This document shows, piece after piece, positions 58,849 to 64,000 of a stretch of 64,000 bases of DNA (within the stretch, counting starts at the first letter, position 1; every line of letters begins with the position of its first letter). A model generated the notes under the pieces. The model saw nothing but the letters and a program-made list of their open reading frames with translations, did not search any database and had not been told where the DNA came from. Where the stretch lies: NCBI GenBank assembly GCA_045120635.1, contig JBGVEY010000042.1:7773-71772 (forward strand), in the 5' to 3' direction. The position numbers were made by a program, and so were the translations under genes. This stretch comes from Candidatus Cryptobacteroides sp. GTDB taxonomy: Bacteria; Bacteroidota; Bacteroidia; Bacteroidales; UBA932.

Positions 58849-61200
58849 TTATTCAAAGAAAAAACTGTCATCATCCTCTGCCTTTGTCTCTGCGTCAGCG
58901 TCGCTTCCGTCGCAATTCAGGTCAAGAGTCACTCCCGGAGGAGCAATGAATCTGTCGGTCTCATACACTCCGAGGGTGCCGTCCGCAAGAACCTTCTTCA
59001 TGAAGATACCCCAGATAGGAAGCGCCATGTTCGAACCTCCACCGAGGGCGAGAGATTCAAAGTGCACCTGACGGTCTTCCGCACCGACCCATACACCTGC
59101 TGTCAATGACGGAGTATAACCGATGAACCATCCGTCCGACTGGTCGTTTGTAGTACCGGTCTTACCCGCAATCTCACCCTTGAGGCCGTACTTCGCACGG
59201 AGTCTGACACCTGTACCGCTGTTGACGACACCCTGCATCAGATTTGCCATGAGGTACGCTGTGTAGTCGCTCACCGCCTCACGCTTAGGGTTTGTGAACT
59301 CACCGAGAACATTGCCGTCGTTATCCTCGATTCTTGTGACGAAGATAGGAGTCACATAGACACCGCGTGAAGGGAATGTGTTATATGCCGCAACCATATC
59401 GTAGACCGCGATATCCGCAGAACCTACGCAAAGAGAATAAGTCTCGTCGATATGGCAGCCGATACCCATCTTGCGCATCATGTCAGCCATCGCATGAGGT
59501 CCATACTGCTTCATCAGGTATGCAGATATGTTGTTCGAACTCTTGGTAAGACCCCATTTCAGCGTCACTGTCTGGCCGATCCACTCGTCCTTGTCCGTAC
59601 TCTTAGGAGTCCATGTGGTATCCTGGACGAGGAAGGTCTGAGGAACATTCACCACCTTGTCGCATGGGCTCATACCCTCCTGCATCGCCAAGGTATAGAG
59701 ATAAGGCTTGATGGTAGAACCCACCTGGCGCTTACCCTGACGCACGTTGTCATATTTGAAATAACGGTAGTTAGGACCGCCGACATATGCCTTGATGTGT
59801 CCTGTATGCGGTTCGATCGCCATGAATGCCGCACGGAGATGAGACTTGTAGTATCTGATCGAATCGTCCGGAGTCATCACTGTGTCGATGTATCCCTGCT
59901 TGTTCCATGAGAACACTCTCATCTTTGTAGGTACGGAGAAGCTCTTCCATATCTCCGCGTCCGAAGCACCGTCGTTCTTCATGATGCGGTAACGGTCGCT
60001 CCAACGTCTTGCCTGCTTCATGAGCATCTCGACAGTCTTTGCGTCCACGTCATCAGAAAACGGTTTGTTCTTCTTCCAGCGCATGTCTCTCCAGAAGCTC
60101 TTCTGAAGGTCCTTTCCAAGATGCTCGGCAACCGCCTCTTCTGCATACTTCTGCATCTTGTAGTTGATGGTTGTATAGATACGGAGGCCGTCTCTGTCGA
60201 GGTTGTATTTCGAACCGTCCGCCTTTGTATTCTTGTTTAGCCATCCGTAGAACGGATTGTCGGCCCACTGGAGCGAATCCACGACATAGTCCTCGCGCTG
60301 CGCATATGACGAACGCTTAGGCTCCTTTGCATTCATCGTACGGCGGAGCATATCTCTGAAGTACGGTCCGAGTCCTGCGTTGTGGTCCTGGATCTGATAT
60401 GAAAGCTGGATCGGAATCTGCTGGATCGAATCCTTCTGATGGTCTGTGATGAAACCGGCCTTCTCCATCTGGGAAATGACGAAGTTTCTTCTGATGAGAG
60501 ACTTGTCCGGATTGAGCGCGGGATTGTATCTTGTAGGCTTGTTAACCATTCCGACAAGTGTCGCTGCCTCTTCCACGGTAAGGTCGATCGGAGACTTTCC
60601 GAAGAATGTCTGCGCAGCAGCCTTGATTCCGTATGCGTTACTTCCGAAGAACACCTGATTCATGTACATTGTCATGATCTCATCCTTGGTGTAGCTGCGC
60701 TCGAGCTTGACAGCGGTCACCCACTCCTTGAGCTTGATCCACACCATCTTCACCTTGGACATGCCGGGGATACGGCTGCTTACATCCTCACGTGGATAGA
60801 GAGTCTTTGCAAGCTGCTGGGTCAGGGTACTACCTCCTCCCTGGCTTGAGTTTCCGCCGAGGATGGTCTTGAAGATGACTCGGGCAAGGCTTCTGAAGTC
60901 GATTCCCGAATGACGATAGAATCTGACGTCCTCTGTCGCCACTGCAGCGTTGACGAGGTTCGGAGAGAGTTCGCCGAAACTCACATACGAGCGGTTCTCG
61001 ATATGGAATGTCGTCAGGATTTCCCCGTCCTCCGCAATAACCTGGGTGGCGAGTTTGCTGTCCGGATCCTCCAGTTCCTCAAAGGAAGGAATATCCGCGA
61101 ATGCCCACACGAGTCCTATCAGTCCGGCAACAAGAAGAATCGGTGTGCTGAACAGGATCCAAAACCATTTGATGAGTTTCTTTTTAGTAGTATCTTTCAT
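58849..61200 (-). CDS. mrcA: Class A penicillin-binding protein 1A
   Basis: ATEDVRF, GGSTLTQQLAK, transpeptidase STIK, SSN, KTG motifs. Confidence 0.93.
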   Translation of the reverse strand: MKDTTKKKLIKWFWILFSTPILLVAGLIGLVWAFADIPSFEELEDPDSKLATQVIAEDGEILTTFHIENRSYVSFGELSPNLVNAAVATEDVRFYRHSGIDFRSLARVIFKTILGGNSSQGGGSTLTQQLAKTLYPREDVSSRIPGMSKVKMVWIKLKEWVTAVKLERSYTKDEIMTMYMNQVFFGSNAYGIKAAAQTFFGKSPIDLTVEEAATLVGMVNKPTRYNPALNPDKSLIRRNFVISQMEKAGFITDHQKDSIQQIPIQLSYQIQDHNAGLGPYFRDMLRRTMNAKEPKRSSYAQREDYVVDSLQWADNPFYGWLNKNTKADGSKYNLDRDGLRIYTTINYKMQKYAEEAVAEHLGKDLQKSFWRDMRWKKNKPFSDDVDAKTVEMLMKQARRWSDRYRIMKNDGASDAEIWKSFSVPTKMRVFSWNKQGYIDTVMTPDDSIRYYKSHLRAAFMAIEPHTGHIKAYVGGPNYRYFKYDNVRQGKRQVGSTIKPYLYTLAMQEGMSPCDKVVNVPQTFLVQDTTWTPKSTDKDEWIGQTVTLKWGLTKSSNNISAYLMKQYGPHAMADMMRKMGIGCHIDETYSLCVGSADIAVYDMVAAYNTFPSRGVYVTPIFVTRIEDNDGNVLGEFTNPKREAVSDYTAYLMANLMQGVVNSGTGVRLRAKYGLKGEIAGKTGTTNDQSDGWFIGYTPSLTAGVWVGAEDRQVHFESLALGGGSNMALPIWGIFMKKVLADGTLGVYETDRFIAPPGVTLDLNCDGSDADAETKAEDDDSFFFE

Positions 61201-61393
61201 ATCAGACGATGTTTCTTCGTTCGAAATTTTCCATAAAATGTCACCTTTAGGTGACTCTTTTTTATAAATAGGTATAAGACGACAAAATTAGCAACAAAAT
61301 TTGGAAAATTGCCCGATTTGTGCCTTACTTTGCACAATCTTTTGAAAATTGCCGGGCACTGAACGGCAGCGACAAACAGTTAAATTTGAAGGA

Positions 61394-63712
61394 ATGAGCA
61401 AGAAGGAAGGAAAAAATCTTGTAATTGTCGAGTCTCCAGGAAAGATCAAGAAGCTGCAGGAGGCACTCGGAGAAGATTTTGTGGTAAAAGCCAGCGTCGG
61501 ACACATCAGAGATCTGGACGAGAACGGATTGAGCATTGATATCGAGAACGGATTCAAACCGAATTACGTAATCCCATCAGATAAGAAGAAGGTCGTAGAA
61601 GACCTCAAGAAAGAGGCAAAGAAAGCGTCTATGGTTTGGCTCGCATCCGATGCCGACCGAGAGGGAGAGGCGATTTCATGGCATCTTTTCGAGACTCTCG
61701 GACTCAGCGAAGAGAACACTAAACGTATTGTGTGTCTTGAGATTACAAAGCCGGCGATTCTTGCCGCAATCGAGAATCCACGCGAAATCGACATGAATCT
61801 CGTCAACGCCCAGCAGGCTCGTCGCGTGCTCGACAGACTTGTGGGATTCGAACTCTCTCCTGTACTTTGGAGAAAGGTTCAGCCGAAGCTTTCAGCCGGA
61901 CGCGTGCAGTCTGTAGCCCTTCGTCTCATCGTGGACAAGGAACGTGAAATCATCGGCTTCAAACCTGAGGCATACTACAAGGTAGAGGCTATCTTCCATC
62001 CAGAAGGAACTCCTGAGCAGACATTGGTAAAGGCCACCCTTGACAGAAGATTCCAGGACCTTGAATCTGCAAAGGCATTCCTTGAGAAATGCATCGGAGC
62101 CGACTTCAGCATCTGCAGCATCGAGAAGAAGGAAGGAACCCGTACGCCGGCAGCGCCTTTCACTACCTCAACCCTTCAGCAGGAGGCGGCACGCAAGCTC
62201 CGTTTCTCTGTAAGCCAGACCATGAGCATTGCTCAGAAGCTCTATGAGCAGGGTCTCATAACCTACATGCGTACCGACTCCACAAACCTTTCTGCACTTG
62301 CCATCGGCTCGGCAAAGCAGTTCATCACCGACAACTTCGGAGCTGAATACTCGAAGACCAGACAATACAGAACCAAAGCAAAGGGAGCACAGGAAGCCCA
62401 TGAGGCCATCCGCCCTACATACATAAGCAATCCTTCCATCCAGGGAACACCTCAGGAGCAGAAACTCTATGAACTTATCTGGAAGCGCACGGTAGCATCC
62501 CAGATGGCTGACGCCAAGGTGCTTAAGACCGATATCAAAGTGGCATGCAGCAACGCAGATGAGAAATTCAACGTACAGGCAACCCAGGTACTCTTTGACG
62601 GATTTCTCAAACTTTACATGGAAAGCACCGACGATCCGCAGCAGGATGACGAAGAGGTAATCCTCCCTGAACTCAATGTGGGCGACAGGATGTTCGAGAA
62701 CGGAATCGCTGCAGAATGCAAGTTCACATCTGCACCATCACGTTATACCGACGCATCCCTTATCAAGAAGCTCGAAGAACTTGAAATCGGACGTCCTTCA
62801 ACGTACGCACCGACCATCACCACTCTCACAAAGGCACGTGGCTATGTAGTCAAGGGCGACAAGACCGGAGAAAAGCGTTCGGTTACAAATCTCAGCCTCA
62901 AGAACGGCGTCATCAAGTCTTCTGTAAAGACTGAGACAATCGGAGCAGAAAGAGGAAGACTTCTTCCACAGGAAATCGGTATCATCGTAACCGACTACCT
63001 CGTTAAGAACTTCCCTCAGATCCTCGACTACAAGTTCACTGCAACAGTTGAAGAGGATTTCGACCGCATTGCAGACGGCGAAATCGCATGGAACGGAGTA
63101 ATTGCAGACTTCTATGCACCGTTCCACCAGACCGTACAGGAGACAATGAGCAGCAAGGAATACGGAAATGCAGCCAGCCGCGAACTCGGCACAGCACCTG
63201 ACGGACAGATTCTCGTCGCACGCTTCGGTCAGTACGGAGCATACGTGCAGAAGGGAGACGGTGACAGCAAGCAATACGCAAGCCTAGCACCCGGACAGCT
63301 GATAGAAAGCATCACCCTCGAAGAGGCGCTCAAACTTTTCGAACTTCCACGTACAGTGGGTCAGTTGAACGGCATCGACATCATCTGCACAAAGGGACGT
63401 TTCGGTCCATATATCAAGTACGGTGATAAAAATGTGTCACTTCCGCGCGGTACAGACCCTCTGAAAGTGGATCTTGACAGCTGTATCAAGCTGATAGAAG
63501 ACAGCCTCAACAACACCAGGGGCGGCATCATCGTAGAATATAAAGATAGTGACATCCAGGTGATTGACGGAGCCTACGGTCCATATATCAAGCACGCAGG
63601 AAGCAACTACAAACTGCCTAAGGGTACGGATCCAGCCTCACTTACAGAAGATAAGTGCAAGGAGATAATCGCAAACAGCGAGCCTACAGGACGTAAGAAA
63701 AGGCGTAAATAA
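61394..63712 (+). CDS. topA: DNA topoisomerase I
   Basis: LVIVESP, DADREGE, SAGRVQ, LITYMRTDS, AHEAIRP, GRPSTY; C-terminal GRFGPY repeats. Confidence 0.98.
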   Translation: MSKKEGKNLVIVESPGKIKKLQEALGEDFVVKASVGHIRDLDENGLSIDIENGFKPNYVIPSDKKKVVEDLKKEAKKASMVWLASDADREGEAISWHLFETLGLSEENTKRIVCLEITKPAILAAIENPREIDMNLVNAQQARRVLDRLVGFELSPVLWRKVQPKLSAGRVQSVALRLIVDKEREIIGFKPEAYYKVEAIFHPEGTPEQTLVKATLDRRFQDLESAKAFLEKCIGADFSICSIEKKEGTRTPAAPFTTSTLQQEAARKLRFSVSQTMSIAQKLYEQGLITYMRTDSTNLSALAIGSAKQFITDNFGAEYSKTRQYRTKAKGAQEAHEAIRPTYISNPSIQGTPQEQKLYELIWKRTVASQMADAKVLKTDIKVACSNADEKFNVQATQVLFDGFLKLYMESTDDPQQDDEEVILPELNVGDRMFENGIAAECKFTSAPSRYTDASLIKKLEELEIGRPSTYAPTITTLTKARGYVVKGDKTGEKRSVTNLSLKNGVIKSSVKTETIGAERGRLLPQEIGIIVTDYLVKNFPQILDYKFTATVEEDFDRIADGEIAWNGVIADFYAPFHQTVQETMSSKEYGNAASRELGTAPDGQILVARFGQYGAYVQKGDGDSKQYASLAPGQLIESITLEEALKLFELPRTVGQLNGIDIICTKGRFGPYIKYGDKNVSLPRGTDPLKVDLDSCIKLIEDSLNNTRGGIIVEYKDSDIQVIDGAYGPYIKHAGSNYKLPKGTDPASLTEDKCKEIIANSEPTGRKKRRK

Positions 63713-63805
63713 ATTAACGAAACGTAAGTTTTCGGCTGCAGATTTTTGACAAATGAAATTTAGTCATTAAATTTGCAGCCGATATCATTTTAATCTATAA
63801 GGACC

Positions 63806-64000
63806 ATGTCAAGCTATCAATTGGACAACATCGACCAGAAGATACTTTCCTTCCTGGTCAAGAACGCCAGAATGCCGTTCCTGGAGATAGCACGCGAATG
63901 TAATGTCTCAGGTGCGGCCATCCATCAAAGGGTAAAAAGACTTGAAGCCAACGGGGTCATTACAGGATCGCGCATCCTTGTAAAACCACAGGCCCTCGGT
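63806..64000 (+). CDS. Lrp/AsnC family transcriptional regulator, runs off window
   Basis: Manual translation: MSSYQLDNIDQKILSFLVKNARMPFLEIARECNVSGAAIHQRVKRLEANGVITG. Confidence 0.92.
   Translation, partial: MSSYQLDNIDQKILSFLVKNARMPFLEIARECNVSGAAIHQRVKRLEANGVITGSRILVKPQALG

Overview
Chromosomal window from a Bacteroidales bacterium, judged from TTTG/TAnnTTTG promoters, GH92 lipoproteins and Bacteroidetes-type topA and aro/phe/tyr genes. Most of it is housekeeping: mutL, ispF, gpmI, manA, pfkA, dusB, lpxK, pheA-tyrA-DAHP synthase/CM, frr, pyrH, hemW, prmC, ddl, PBP1a, topA, plus three GH92 alpha-mannosidases. The main accessory region is a visibly AT-rich, decayed ~12.7 kb defence island downstream of tRNA-Gln/tRNA-Met (about 5328-18021). 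It holds a KAP NTPase and a tightly packed minus-strand run of hsdR-hsdS-prrC-hsdM-(GIY-YIG/DUF4357)-TIR-rhuM. At its right end lie a ribbon-helix-helix gene with an 8-bp repeat array, a TAG-interrupted ORF and a possible integrase tail. Non-ORF signals read directly from the DNA: a 275-bp palindromic mini-element flanked by copies of the tRNA-Met 3' end; a 135-bp palindromic element inserted exactly in frame inside hemW; and a Tyr/Phe-rich leader peptide with an attenuator upstream of pheA-tyrA-aroF/CM. The peptide deformylase appears to carry a lipoprotein signal. No CRISPR array or rRNA was seen. All family assignments come from motif recognition by eye, not database searches.
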